DNA of 64,000 nt from a bacterium. GTDB lineage: Bacteria > DRYD01. Position numbers and translations under genes: made by a program. The notes below the pieces were generated by a model. That model made no database searches. It was not told the origin of the DNA and saw only the letters and a list, made by a program, of their open reading frames with translations. Positions 37,477 to 48,099 of the stretch are shown in pieces; within the stretch, counting starts at the first letter, position 1; every line of letters starts with the position of its first letter. Location of the stretch: contig JBCNVB010000013.1 of assembly GCA_039630415.1 (NCBI GenBank), positions 96,001 through 160,000 on the forward strand, in the 5' to 3' direction.

Positions 37477-38548
37477 AAAGATGGAATTGATGATTTTTTG
37501 AATTGGATTATAGTTTATGATACGTTGTATAGTATGCTCCCAAGATATGTTTTTACCTTCAATAAATTGCTTTGCATTTTTTCCCATTTGAATAGCAATA
37601 GATTTATTCTCATAAAGAAAGTCCATTGCTTTTGCTATTGATTCTGGGGAGGGTTTGCAAACGATACCGGTTTTATTGTTTTGTACGAATTCTAAACAAG
37701 CTCCACTGTTGTTAACTGTTATAACGCTTTTTGAAGAATAAAAAGCTTCTAACGTAACATATCCGTAGTCTTCATCAAATGGGGTAAAGATGACGGCTAT
37801 TGCCCTAGCATAAAGTTTTCTCTTGATAGTTTCGTCTACATATTCCATTATCTCTAATCTTTGGTTAATTTGTGGGTCATTTAGTAAAGGCTTTATGTAA
37901 TTCCTAAAATACTTTTCTTCTATTTGACCTGTCATTATCACTTTGAAATTACCTTTAGCATATTTTAAAGCTTCTATGACTAAATGTTGTCTTTTATTGT
38001 AAGCAAATCGGCTAGGAAAGTAATAATAGTCAGAATATTCTTCACAAAAGTAATTTTCTTTTGAATCTACGGGTGGATACAATACTTCAGCTTCTATGCC
38101 ATTATACTTTTTTAATCTAGTTTTTACATTTTCTGAGATGGCGAATACTTTTTGGCATTCTTTTAGGAATGTTTGATCGTACTTGATTATTTTTTCCCTT
38201 AATTGTTGTATTTCATTTTTTTTTATCTTTTAGTGGATTTAGTTCTGTATCCCATAGATCGTAAAATTCTCTTATATGATGCATAAACCAAACAACTTTG
38301 TTGGGATGTTTTATCGCATAGCTACATGGTCTTAGAGTTATGGCTAGGTCTCCATAGTTGAATTTTAAATTCCTTATAGCATGTATTTGTTGTTCTATTA
38401 GTCTGTAGTCTGTTGAGAAAGGTAGTATTATTTTTTCTACTTCGAAATTTTTAGATAGTTGGTTTACGAGTGTGTCTGTAAGTACTGAATCTCCACCTTT
38501 TGAGAATGGCTGTTTAGTTGTTACTACTAGGATTTTTTTGATTTTCAT
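37456..38548 (-). pseudogene. GT4 family glycosyltransferase split by a +1 frameshift in an A9 tract
   Basis: ORFs 38213-38548 and 37456-38082 join in one frame if the tract at 38216-38224 is A8; EDYGYVTLEA GT4 motif. Confidence 0.85.
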
Positions 38549-39521
38549 TTATATTGTTTTTTACTATTATTTGCAGTAATTCTTTGAATGATATACCTGT
38601 TTTTTCGGCTTCTTGGGGAAGTAGGGAAACTTGTGTAAAACCAGGGATAGTATTTACTTCTAGAAAATATATTTCTCCCTCTTTTGTTAGTTTATAGTCT
38701 ATTCTTGCTGCATCTTTAAAGCCTATGAATTCAAATATTCTTTTGGATAAGTCTTTTAGATAGTCTAATGTTGTTGATGGTAGATCTGGAGGTATTATGT
38801 GATTAATACTTTTAATGTATTTGCATTCATAGTCAAAAATTTGATTTGATTCAATTTCTAATTCGCAAGGTTCTAGGGGTATGATTTCATTTACTTTCTG
38901 TACTACTCCTACGGTTATTTCTCTACCTTTAATAAATTCTTGGATTAAAATTGTTTCTTGATCTTCTTCGAAAGCAATTTCAATTGCTTTTTGTAACTCT
39001 TCTTCTATCTTTTCGTTATTTGTAACTAAGGATATGCCTATGCTGCTTCCTGAATTATTAGGTTTGACGATTAATGGTGGAATTAAAAAGTTATTTTTCA
39101 GTTTTGAAAAAACAAGTTTACTACCACCTTGTATGTATTCGTTTTTTCTAATATGAACGGTTTTTGGAATTTTTAGGTTTAATATGTTATAGGTGCTTAT
39201 GAATTCTTTTACTAGTAGATTGCATATCATTTTATTCATTGCAATCTTACTGGCTGTAGAATTCGAAAAGGTGAAGGGAATATTTAGGGATTCTAGAAAA
39301 GACTGAATTGTACCGTCTTCTCCGTATTTGCCATGAAGTGAAAGAAAAATTAGATCATACTTTTCAGTAAGTACTTTCATATAGAATTCCTTTAGATCAG
39401 ATAATATGTATTGTTCTGTGTCAGGATAGATTTGCTTAAGAATTTGATATATGTTTTGCCCCGATTTTATTGATATTTCTTTTTCGGAGGATATACCCCC
39501 CATTACTACGAGTACTTTCAT
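38514..39521 (-). CDS. ddl: D-alanine--D-alanine ligase
   Basis: GGISSEKEIS, LHGKYGEDG, GSSIG, FDYECKY, EVNTIPG. Confidence 0.95.
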   Translation of the reverse strand: MKVLVVMGGISSEKEISIKSGQNIYQILKQIYPDTEQYILSDLKEFYMKVLTEKYDLIFLSLHGKYGEDGTIQSFLESLNIPFTFSNSTASKIAMNKMICNLLVKEFISTYNILNLKIPKTVHIRKNEYIQGGSKLVFSKLKNNFLIPPLIVKPNNSGSSIGISLVTNNEKIEEELQKAIEIAFEEDQETILIQEFIKGREITVGVVQKVNEIIPLEPCELEIESNQIFDYECKYIKSINHIIPPDLPSTTLDYLKDLSKRIFEFIGFKDAARIDYKLTKEGEIYFLEVNTIPGFTQVSLLPQEAEKTGISFKELLQIIVKNNINENQKNPSSNN

Positions 39522-40294
39522 TTTTCCTTTATAAAATACGCTAGAAACTCTGTATTACCTTTGTAGCCTTTGATGGGAGACTCTATAACTTTTATGAATT
39601 TATACCCTTGTTTAGAAATCGTTTTTAATGTTCTGAGTAAAACTTGAATTACTTTCTTCCTATCTCTTAGCACTCCTTTTTTGAGATATTTTCTTTCTTG
39701 TTTTGTTAGTTCGAAATTGGGTTTTATCAAGGTTATCATTTTGAATTTGTTATCTATGAGTGTAAGTGGTTGGGTAATATGTGTAAGAGATATGAAGGAA
39801 ACATCAATAACGATAATTTCTACGTGTTTTACTATATCTAGATTGATTCCAAAAGCTGTAGGGTTTTGAAATAAAAGGTGTATATTTTTAGCATTAAATT
39901 TTTCAATATTAATTACGTTGGGGTTTTTGAGTAATTTTGGATGGAGTTGAGATTTACCGTTATCTAAGGCTATAACAAATTTAGCTTTATGGTTTAGCAA
40001 GCATTCAGTGAATCCTCCTGTTGAAGCACCAATATCTAGACATACTTTACCCTCTACACTAAAATTATGTTTTGAAAATTCTGTAATAGCTTTTTCAAGT
40101 TTATATCCTCCTCTTGATACGTAGTCTACTGGATTTTCTACTTCTATTACTACCTCTTGGGGAAACTTTTTTGAGATTTTATAAATTACTTGTCCGTTTA
40201 CTTTTACTTTCCCATCTAATATTAATTTTTGTGCTTTTATTCTGGATTCAACTAGTTTTTTTAGGACTAAAAGTTCATCAAGCCTGTATTTCAT
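39518..40294 (-). CDS. tlyA: TlyA family rRNA 2'-O-methyltransferase
   Basis: S4 domain RLD, YVSRGGYKL, DIGASTGGFT, DVSFISL, SPIKG..GNTEF. Confidence 0.94.
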   Translation of the reverse strand: MKYRLDELLVLKKLVESRIKAQKLILDGKVKVNGQVIYKISKKFPQEVVIEVENPVDYVSRGGYKLEKAITEFSKHNFSVEGKVCLDIGASTGGFTECLLNHKAKFVIALDNGKSQLHPKLLKNPNVINIEKFNAKNIHLLFQNPTAFGINLDIVKHVEIIVIDVSFISLTHITQPLTLIDNKFKMITLIKPNFELTKQERKYLKKGVLRDRKKVIQVLLRTLKTISKQGYKFIKVIESPIKGYKGNTEFLAYFIKEK

Positions 40295-40811
40295 TTAAAA
40301 GATGCTTTGATAATATTTCTTTTTCAGATATTTTCTCCAAATAATCTATCATCTGATGTATAGTTGAAAGGTCTTTTGTTGGGTAGCCTATTAGTACAAT
40401 GTAATTTTTGAGAAGTTTTTGAAAATTAGGTAAAAGTAGTTTATAATTTCTTGCTTTTTCTAAATACTTTAAAAAACTCAGTGTAAGATTGAAAATTTTT
40501 GTTTCTTTTTGGTTCAAAACAAGTGTTTTGAGAATTATTTCAAAAAAGCAATGGATGATAACTTTTTTGTAATAAGAGTTTCTTATATTTTCAAAGTAAT
40601 CTTGTACATTGTATTGCTGTATGAAAAAATAGTTATTTTTCTTTTTCGCTTCAAAGCTTAGTAAATTAGGTGGATGAAGATTGAGATTTTTTATTCTATA
40701 GGAATAGATGAAAATTGATAAACCTGTTTCTTTTGTCAATATGTATATCATATTACCTTTTGGAAGTTTTTGTATTTGTATGACTATTCCAAGATAGTTA
40801 TACTCACTCAA
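40278..40811 (-). CDS. recO: short RecO-like DNA repair protein
   Basis: GIVI..ILTKETG OB-fold-like start; F..IRNSY.K; E.KIF.L...L..LE. Confidence 0.6.
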   Translation of the reverse strand: MSEYNYLGIVIQIQKLPKGNMIYILTKETGLSIFIYSYRIKNLNLHPPNLLSFEAKKKNNYFFIQQYNVQDYFENIRNSYYKKVIIHCFFEIILKTLVLNQKETKIFNLTLSFLKYLEKARNYKLLLPNFQKLLKNYIVLIGYPTKDLSTIHQMIDYLEKISEKEILSKHLLNEIQA

Positions 40812-41914
40812 TTTTTGAAAGGTTCGTAATGTCCTTTGGTGATTATGTTAAAGATTCTTTTTGATGCAAGACCATCACCATAGGGATTGGGTATGTTGTT
40901 TTTTCTCAAAATTTCCTTATGGTTTAAATATTTTAAGGTTTTGGAAACTATTTTGTTTTTATTCGTTGTTGCAATTATTATGAATTTATTTTTCAACCCT
41001 TCGGGTCTTTCTGTTTTATTTCTTACCACAATTACTGGGGTTTTATAGGTTGGTGCTTCTTCTTGTATACCCCCAGAATCAGTTATTATTATTCTGGCAT
41101 TTTTAATTAAGTTTAGCATAGATAAATAATCAATAGGATCTATGAGCTTTATATTTTTATTTTTTGATAGTATTTCATAGGCTGGTTTTCTTACATTTGG
41201 ATTATAGTGGACAGGGAAAACTACAGGTAATGAGGTTTTTATCTGAATCTCATTTATAGCAAGCATTATTTGATTCATAGTTTCCCCAAAAGATTCTCTT
41301 CTATGAACTTCCACCAGAATGTAATTGTCGCTTTGTAAACCTAACTTTTTTTGTATGTCAGTATCATCAATTTGCTTATCTATCATACAAAGTGAGTCTA
41401 CAACTGTGTTGCCTGTGATAAAAACATTATGTTTTATGTTTTCTTTTGCTAGGTTTTGAGCGGAGAGTTGGGTTGGACAAAAGTGATAATCAGCCACCGC
41501 ACTTATAAGTTTTCTGTTAATTTCTTCTGGAAAAGGTTGATACTTATCAAACGATCTCAAACCTGCTTCTATATGACATATTTTTTTATTCTTATAAAAA
41601 CAAGAAAGTGCGACTATAAAAGCTGTTGTTGTATCACCTTGCACAAACACATAGTCAGGATTGATTTCATCTAAAACTTGACTCATTTTTTTTAGAACAT
41701 TTATTGATATATCAAACAAATCTTGGTTGGGTTTCATAATATCAAGATCATAGTCGAATTTGATACCAAAAACCTGATTTGCAGTATGTAACAACTCTTT
41801 GTGTTGAGAAGTACTTATAACTATTGTTTGCAGGTTTTGAGATTTGAATTCATTAATTACCGGAGCAGTTTTTATTAGCTCTGGTCTAGTTCCTACTACA
41901 AAGCAGTACTTCAT
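40808..41914 (-). CDS. wecB: UDP-N-acetylglucosamine 2-epimerase (non-hydrolysing)
   Basis: GTRPELIK, VQGDTTT, HIEAGLRS, PFPEE.NR, HRRES, TDSGGIQEE, NPYGDG. Confidence 0.96.
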   Translation of the reverse strand: MKYCFVVGTRPELIKTAPVINEFKSQNLQTIVISTSQHKELLHTANQVFGIKFDYDLDIMKPNQDLFDISINVLKKMSQVLDEINPDYVFVQGDTTTAFIVALSCFYKNKKICHIEAGLRSFDKYQPFPEEINRKLISAVADYHFCPTQLSAQNLAKENIKHNVFITGNTVVDSLCMIDKQIDDTDIQKKLGLQSDNYILVEVHRRESFGETMNQIMLAINEIQIKTSLPVVFPVHYNPNVRKPAYEILSKNKNIKLIDPIDYLSMLNLIKNARIIITDSGGIQEEAPTYKTPVIVVRNKTERPEGLKNKFIIIATTNKNKIVSKTLKYLNHKEILRKNNIPNPYGDGLASKRIFNIITKGHYEPFKN

Positions 41915-41999
41915 AGTTATATTATTTAACTACACTCATAACTATCCTATACAAAATAGCAAGAATAATGTATTACTATGCATAATATTTCTATTGGGA

Positions 42000-42638
42000 A
42001 TGCAAATTTTTAAAGCTTTAATATTTACCGTATTTCTCTGTCTCAGTTTATCATACTGCTTATCTTTAAAAGGTAACCTAATTTCTACGCAGTTTATCTG
42101 GATACATGAAAAAAATACTACCCAAACAATATATCTAAACGGTCAATTTTACTGTTCTATTCAAGAACGAAAACATAAAAACAAAACTGCCTATCTAGAG
42201 TTACTATTTTGCATGTATAACGTTGATATTAAAATTTATTCTAACAATATCTTTAAGCTAAAAGACAAGTACGATAAGTATTGTAAAAAGTATACCTATG
42301 AATTTGTTGGTAATAAGGTTACTGATAGCTCTAATGATATAACTTCGTGGGAATTTATAAAGCCTTTGCTTGTTTTGTACTATCTCAAGAGGGATTATGT
42401 TTTTCAGACTATTAAAAGCCAAATAAATTTCTATAAAAGGAGTTACATACAAGCAAAAAAATTAACGGAATATGCGGTATATGAAACTTATAATGGGGTT
42501 ACCTTATCAAAAGGGTATGCTACTATTAGGGACAAGAAAATAGAATTCTATTTTGATTCGAATATAGACAAAAAGGTAGTTCGTACGTCTGCTTTTAATA
42601 TAACCTCGAAGTTAAATGCAATCACTTTTATTGAATAA
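42000..42638 (+). CDS. hypothetical exported protein
   Basis: ATG 42000 gives a signal-peptide-like MQIFKALIFTVFLCLSLSYC; upstream TTG start overlaps wecB. Confidence 0.55.
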   Translation: MQIFKALIFTVFLCLSLSYCLSLKGNLISTQFIWIHEKNTTQTIYLNGQFYCSIQERKHKNKTAYLELLFCMYNVDIKIYSNNIFKLKDKYDKYCKKYTYEFVGNKVTDSSNDITSWEFIKPLLVLYYLKRDYVFQTIKSQINFYKRSYIQAKKLTEYAVYETYNGVTLSKGYATIRDKKIEFYFDSNIDKKVVRTSAFNITSKLNAITFIE

Positions 42639-42646
42639 TATTATTT

Positions 42647-43204
42647 ATGGCTACCATAAGTAAGGGGAAGCACAGCTTGGTACTCATATATGATGATTTC
42701 GTGGAGAAAAGATTCTATCCAGAGTTTTATCCCAATTTTTTAAAAGAGTTAAGAGCACTTAAACAGCTATACAGTTACAATTTCATACCTAAGCTACTGG
42801 GTTATCAAGAAAAGGATCTATCCATAACGATTCAAAGAGCTTGCGGACGTAATTTATCGAGTATTCTTAAAGAGAGTCATACAAACCAATTACTTATAGA
42901 AGAAATTTTCAAAACAATCTTGAAGATATGCATAGTACTAGATATAGAGGGTATTTACAAGGATGAGTGGAATAGACCCTATAAACATGTTTTTGTAAAC
43001 CAACATACGCAAGAGATAAAGATAATAGACTTTGATCGAAGCTTATTTTTCTCAAATAGAAAAAATACTCTTCAGTTTCTATCTTTTATTTTTAACTACT
43101 ATGGAATGCATAAAGAACTGTTTAGTGTAATGTGTGAAATCTCTAGACTTCTAGAGAGCCAAATAATGGAGTACATTAATTGGGATTACCATAATTCGGA
43201 GTAG
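42647..43204 (+). CDS. small protein-kinase-like protein (COG2112-type)
   Basis: SKGKHSLV, LKELRAL, PKLL, E.NRP.KHV, IKIIDFD. Confidence 0.7.
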   Translation: MATISKGKHSLVLIYDDFVEKRFYPEFYPNFLKELRALKQLYSYNFIPKLLGYQEKDLSITIQRACGRNLSSILKESHTNQLLIEEIFKTILKICIVLDIEGIYKDEWNRPYKHVFVNQHTQEIKIIDFDRSLFFSNRKNTLQFLSFIFNYYGMHKELFSVMCEISRLLESQIMEYINWDYHNSE

Positions 43205-44256
43205 CCTTGTTGTATTTCCTCAGGGTGATCTGTTAGTTTTACTGCTGTTGAAAGAGTTATATGTCCTTCTTGAAGCAGTTTTCTTAAACTTTTACCAAAG
43301 GTTATCATACCGTCATATTCTCCATTTAAAATGTATTCATATATTTTACTCATTTCGTTTTCTTTAATTAGAGCTTTTATGGTAGGGGTTGTATTCATGA
43401 TTTCTATTGCTGGAATTAGTTTACCTGTTTTAATACTGCTAATAAGTTTTTGGCATATGATAGTGGATAGTGATTCGGAAAGAGCTTCTTTCACTGTTTC
43501 ACGTTGTTGATCTTTAAACATATCAATTATTCTATAGATCGTTTTTATTGTTGAGTCTGAGTGAATAGTTGTTATAACCATATGTCCTGTTTCTGCTGCA
43601 TTTATTGCTAGGAGAGTGCTTTGTGGATCCCTAAGTTCTCCAACAAAAATAATATCTGGGTCTTGTCTTAAAGCATCTTTTAATCCTTTTTCAAATGAAA
43701 TAGTATCTATACCTACTTCCCTTTGAGTTATAAAGGATTTTTTATCCACAAACATGTATTCTATTGGGTCTTCTATGGTTACTATTCTTTTTGGATAATT
43801 TTGATTTATGTATTCAATTATTGCTGCTGCGGTCGTTGTTTTACCGCTTCCAGCTACACCAGAAATTACAAATAACCCTCTTTGCTTACTAATGGCTTTA
43901 ATTATCAGATCAGTCGGAAGATTAATAGATTCCATGTTTTCTGGCGGATTGAGGATTTTCCTTGCTGCTAGGCCTATCAATCCTTGGGTTTTAAAAACAT
44001 TTATCCTAAACCTTATTTCTCCCAATGATATGCTGTAATCGAAAGATCCTATACTTTCAAGCTCCTTTAAAAGCCTAGGTTCAAAAGTTTCTTTTAGAAT
44101 TTGTAACATATTCTCCACTGATAGAGGTTCGTTACCAAAGAATATTAGCTGTTTATTAATGCGATAGGCTGGTTTAGAACCAACTTTTAAATGTAAATCT
44201 GTAGCATTTACATCTCTATCATTCATTATTTGTAACAGTTTCAGTAAACTATACAT
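43186..44256 (-). CDS. pilT: PilT/PilU family type IV pilus ATPase
   Basis: TDLHL, RFRINVF, GVAGSGKTTT, TIEDPIE, QREVG.DT, LRQDPD, AAETGH. Confidence 0.88.
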   Translation of the reverse strand: MYSLLKLLQIMNDRDVNATDLHLKVGSKPAYRINKQLIFFGNEPLSVENMLQILKETFEPRLLKELESIGSFDYSISLGEIRFRINVFKTQGLIGLAARKILNPPENMESINLPTDLIIKAISKQRGLFVISGVAGSGKTTTAAAIIEYINQNYPKRIVTIEDPIEYMFVDKKSFITQREVGIDTISFEKGLKDALRQDPDIIFVGELRDPQSTLLAINAAETGHMVITTIHSDSTIKTIYRIIDMFKDQQRETVKEALSESLSTIICQKLISSIKTGKLIPAIEIMNTTPTIKALIKENEMSKIYEYILNGEYDGMITFGKSLRKLLQEGHITLSTAVKLTDHPEEIQQGYSELW

Positions 44257-44259
44257 GAT

Positions 44260-45693
44260 TTATATGATTTCATCAATAAAATCGGACAACCTTCCTATCA
44301 TGTTACTTATTATCTTACCTTGATATACTTTTAGCATAGTTTTTACACGTTTAACACTTTCAATTATTTCGGTATGTGGTATTGCTTTTATAAACATTTC
44401 AACTAGTTGTTTATCTAGTCTATTTTTTTCTGCATCATCTTTAAGGATGGAGATTGCTTTGTGGAATGAAAAAGCTGGACGGTAAGGTCTATCTATTATC
44501 AAAGCATCGAACGTATCAGCTATAGATATAATTCTGCTTTCCAAGGGTATTTTTTGATGGGAGTAACCGTAGGGATACCCACTGCCATCTAGTCTTTCAT
44601 GATGTAATTCTGCTATATCTACTATTTCCTTTATGAATTCATATATGGGGCTAAGCAGATTTTTTAATTCTCTAACATGTAACTTAATTATTTCAAACTC
44701 TTCCCACGTTAATTTATCTTTCTTTTGCAAAACTTGATCTGGAACGATTATTTTTCCAAAATCGTGGATAAGAGCTGCTTTGTAAATTCTATCTGCTCTA
44801 TCAGGTTCTAGACTTAACTGCTTAGCTATATTGTAGCTTATCAATGCTACTCTATACGAATGATCAAATGTATATCTGTCTTTCTTTTCAAGTAGATCTA
44901 TAGTGACAGTAATAAAAGTTATAACTTGATTGGAAATGTAAGTATTGTCTGTAGACGATAAAGCATAAATCCCCAAAATAATTGCAAAATATATTTTACA
45001 AGATTCAAAAGTATAAAAGAGTGTAACAAAAAACACCGATTGTATTAAGATTTCAATGATTGTAGAGGTTATTTGTATTTTGGTATGAGTTATAAACTTT
45101 TTAGCGTAATCGTCAACATAAATTACCTTTATGTCTTGATAAATTTGAAAAGCGATTTTTTCTATGAAGTTCCACACACATATTAGGGCTATTAGAAAAA
45201 TCATGGAATTTTTAATATCATTAATCATCAGCAGATTAGGAATATGGTATAGAAATATGAAGGAAACTATGGTTATTATCCATTCAATAAAGTACCTGTT
45301 GAGCTTTTCTTTGTCTATTTCTTTTTGAAGGGTTTCCAAGTAGCTATATCTTTCTTGGGATAAAGCCAATTTAGGTGAGGTATTAAAAAATTTAGTTACG
45401 AAGTGTGCTAATACTATGCTTATATTCGCTACAATCAATGAATAAAGTAATCCCTTACTTAAAGTTATTAGTATAAAAATTGGTTTAAATAAGTCTAGTT
45501 TGGGTAGTACACTTCTATGAAAGTATAGCTCTTTTCGTACCAAAATGGACAGAAAGAGACTTACTATATTAATAAAATCATCAATTGATGTAGAGTTACT
45601 GAAAACACTAAAAAATATTATGATGATTGAAATGAGATAGAAAAGAGGAATAGATACGGTTTCATCTATTTGAATTAAGTTTTTGCTTGTCAT
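44260..45693 (-). CDS. membrane HD-GYP domain protein
   Basis: Multi-TM N-half; D.YT..HS.RVA, IHDFGK, HHERLDGSGYP, RPYR. Confidence 0.88.
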   Translation of the reverse strand: MTSKNLIQIDETVSIPLFYLISIIIIFFSVFSNSTSIDDFINIVSLFLSILVRKELYFHRSVLPKLDLFKPIFILITLSKGLLYSLIVANISIVLAHFVTKFFNTSPKLALSQERYSYLETLQKEIDKEKLNRYFIEWIITIVSFIFLYHIPNLLMINDIKNSMIFLIALICVWNFIEKIAFQIYQDIKVIYVDDYAKKFITHTKIQITSTIIEILIQSVFFVTLFYTFESCKIYFAIILGIYALSSTDNTYISNQVITFITVTIDLLEKKDRYTFDHSYRVALISYNIAKQLSLEPDRADRIYKAALIHDFGKIIVPDQVLQKKDKLTWEEFEIIKLHVRELKNLLSPIYEFIKEIVDIAELHHERLDGSGYPYGYSHQKIPLESRIISIADTFDALIIDRPYRPAFSFHKAISILKDDAEKNRLDKQLVEMFIKAIPHTEIIESVKRVKTMLKVYQGKIISNMIGRLSDFIDEII

Positions 45694-46280
45694 TTTATGA
45701 AGTTTTGTATTTGTTTATAAAGTTCTGATATAGTTTTGTCATTTATGATAACTTTATCGGCTTTTTTTACTTTTTCAAGAGGATCCATTTGACTTTCCAT
45801 AATTTTCTCAGCCAAATTTTGATCTATTTTATCTCTATCTACTATCCGTTGAATACATACATTTTTGGGTGCAAAAACTACCCATATTTCGTCAAACAAA
45901 TACTCTAATTTTTTTTCATACAATAGAGGGACTATAAAGAAAGCGTGTTTTTTTTTATAGCTTTTATTTTCACTAATCGACCTTTTTAGTTTTATAATTT
46001 GATCTATCACTACTGGGTGTAGTATTTTTTCTAATTGTTCTTTTTTGTTAATATCATCAAAGATTATACGTTTAATGCATTTTTTTATCAATCTTTGGTT
46101 TTTAACACATTCTGGGAAAAGTTGTTTAATTTGATCTTTAATGTTGGAGTATTTTTTGTCTTTATAAATAGTGGATACAAATTCATCTGAGTCAAAAACA
46201 AAATATCCTTTGGATATGAGATATTTACCTACCGTTGATTTACCACTACCTATATTACCAGTTATGCCTACATGTAGCAT
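45690..46280 (-). CDS. coaE: dephospho-CoA kinase
   Basis: GITGNIGSGKSTV, LEKILHP, VPLLYE, SQM. Confidence 0.93.
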   Translation of the reverse strand: MLHVGITGNIGSGKSTVGKYLISKGYFVFDSDEFVSTIYKDKKYSNIKDQIKQLFPECVKNQRLIKKCIKRIIFDDINKKEQLEKILHPVVIDQIIKLKRSISENKSYKKKHAFFIVPLLYEKKLEYLFDEIWVVFAPKNVCIQRIVDRDKIDQNLAEKIMESQMDPLEKVKKADKVIINDKTISELYKQIQNFIK

Positions 46281-46505
46281 CTATAGTTTAATGGCTTTGT
46301 CTATTAGAAAAACAGGGATTTCTTCTATGATAGGGAAGAGGAGATTACATTTAGGACATTTATAGCCCTGTATTTCTTGTCCTTTAATTTTTCTTAGTAA
46401 TTCATCTTCGGTTTCTTGTTCATATAGATACTTTTCGACAAATTCTAAATCTGATTTACATTGAGGGCAACACAGCACTTCTAATAGCTCTATGTACTTC
46501 TTCAT
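46281..46505 (-). CDS. Trm112/YcaR family small zinc-binding protein
   Basis: LLEVLCCPQCKSDL...CPKC..FPI.EEIPVFL; GGGG RBS before ATG 46505. Confidence 0.85.
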   Translation of the reverse strand: MKKYIELLEVLCCPQCKSDLEFVEKYLYEQETEDELLRKIKGQEIQGYKCPKCNLLFPIIEEIPVFLIDKAIKL

Positions 46506-46619
46506 ATACAAGTCCCCCTTTTTCTTTGATAAAAAAATTCTATAATAACGCACTATTTCCCTACATGAAGAGAGGTAATTTGTACTGTTTATAGAAAAAT
46601 AAAAACACAGATAAGGAGT

Positions 46620-47279
46620 ATGCCTATAGTTGCAGGGTCTATATTAGGTGGAAATTTGTTGAATATAGAAGAAATTATTAAACTTTCTGAAGAAAGTGAA
46701 ATAGATTGGCTACATTTAGATATAATGGACGGAAACTTTGTACCCAATCTAACTTTTGGGTATGATTTCGTTAAAAAAATAAAAGAAAAAACAAAACTAC
46801 CAGTAGATGTACATTTGATGGTAATAAACCCAGAAAAATATATACACTATTCTGAATACTGTGATATGATAACTTTTCATATAGAAACCACTAACTTCCC
46901 TATGAGATTAATAGAAAACATAAAGAAAATAAGGGATATAAAAGTTGGTGTAGCTTTAAATCCGATAACCAATGTAGAAATAATATCCAATCTGGAAGGG
47001 TATATAGATAATGTTTTGATCATGACAGTAGAGCCTGGATTTGCCGGACAAAAATTTATATCCAACTGTCTAAACAAAATCTACAAAGCTAAACAATTAA
47101 CTAAAAAATGGAAAAAAGATATGTTTATATCAGTTGATGGAGGAATAGATGACAAGAATTATAAATTAGTTTTAGAGAAGGGAGCAAACTATATAGTATG
47201 TGCTTCGTTTCTGTACCAAGACTACTCCAAAACAAAACAAAGGGTTAAGCTAATTAAGAAGGGGGAGAATTATGCCTAG
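46620..47279 (+). CDS. rpe: ribulose-phosphate 3-epimerase
   Basis: HLDIMDGNFVPNLTFG, DVHLM, MTVEPGFAGQKF, VDGGI. Confidence 0.97.
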   Translation: MPIVAGSILGGNLLNIEEIIKLSEESEIDWLHLDIMDGNFVPNLTFGYDFVKKIKEKTKLPVDVHLMVINPEKYIHYSEYCDMITFHIETTNFPMRLIENIKKIRDIKVGVALNPITNVEIISNLEGYIDNVLIMTVEPGFAGQKFISNCLNKIYKAKQLTKKWKKDMFISVDGGIDDKNYKLVLEKGANYIVCASFLYQDYSKTKQRVKLIKKGENYA

Positions 47280-47658
47280 AAAAAAACAAAATAGCAAGCA
47301 AAAAAAACGTCAAAAAGAACAAAATCAATCAACAAACCATGAAATACAACAAAATATAGAAGATCTAGAACAAGACATAGAAATCAATGAAGATAGAGAT
47401 GAACTAAATATAGATAGCCTAAGTGACTTGGATGATCTAGAAACCATAGATCAAGATTACTCCGAAGTCGAAGAAAGCGATTTCTTTGTAACAGAGGATG
47501 ATCTCATAATATGCCCAGGATGCGGAGAAATAATAGAATATGAAAGATTAAAATTACTAGAAGAATGCCCCAGTTGTGGATTAAATATATCAGAATTTGA
47601 AGAAGTATCTAACTACGGAAAACCACCAAAAGATGACTTGGAGGAAGAAGACTGGTAG
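47272..47658 (+). CDS. hypothetical acidic protein with CxxC...CxxC zinc ribbon
   Basis: Basic N-tail, D/E-rich middle, CPGC and CPSC. Confidence 0.7.
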   Translation: MPRKKQNSKQKKRQKEQNQSTNHEIQQNIEDLEQDIEINEDRDELNIDSLSDLDDLETIDQDYSEVEESDFFVTEDDLIICPGCGEIIEYERLKLLEECPSCGLNISEFEEVSNYGKPPKDDLEEEDW

Positions 47659-47709
47659 TTGAAGGTTTATTAACCCCAATGAAGAAATTCTTATTAAGGA
47701 GAAAATAAA

Positions 47710-48099
47710 ATGGATACAATAACACTCATACTAATCACAATAGCAGTACTTGTATTCCTTACCCTAATAACTGTATTACTAACCAATTTCTTTAATTCTC
47801 TCAATGCTAAAATCGATAAAATACTATCAACTACTGAAGAATTGAATCAAACGCTTAGAAAGGTGCAAGAAATAATTGAAACTACTAAGCCAACTCTGTA
47901 CAATATTCAGGAAATAACTAGTAACCTGAAAAAAATATCCACTAGTGTCTATGAAATAACTTCGGATATTGAGTATATAACAAAAAGAGGTAAATACTCA
48001 GTCCAAACCATGGAAAAACTGGGATTACAGGGAATAAATAAAATCACAGAATTCATAAAAAAAATGGTGACAAGTAAGGATCAGGGGGGAAAAGTATGA
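47710..48099 (+). CDS. DUF948/YtxG-like membrane-anchored coiled-coil protein
   Basis: N-terminal TM plus coiled coil, directly upstream of a YtxH-like gene. Confidence 0.65.
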   Translation: MDTITLILITIAVLVFLTLITVLLTNFFNSLNAKIDKILSTTEELNQTLRKVQEIIETTKPTLYNIQEITSNLKKISTSVYEITSDIEYITKRGKYSVQTMEKLGLQGINKITEFIKKMVTSKDQGGKV

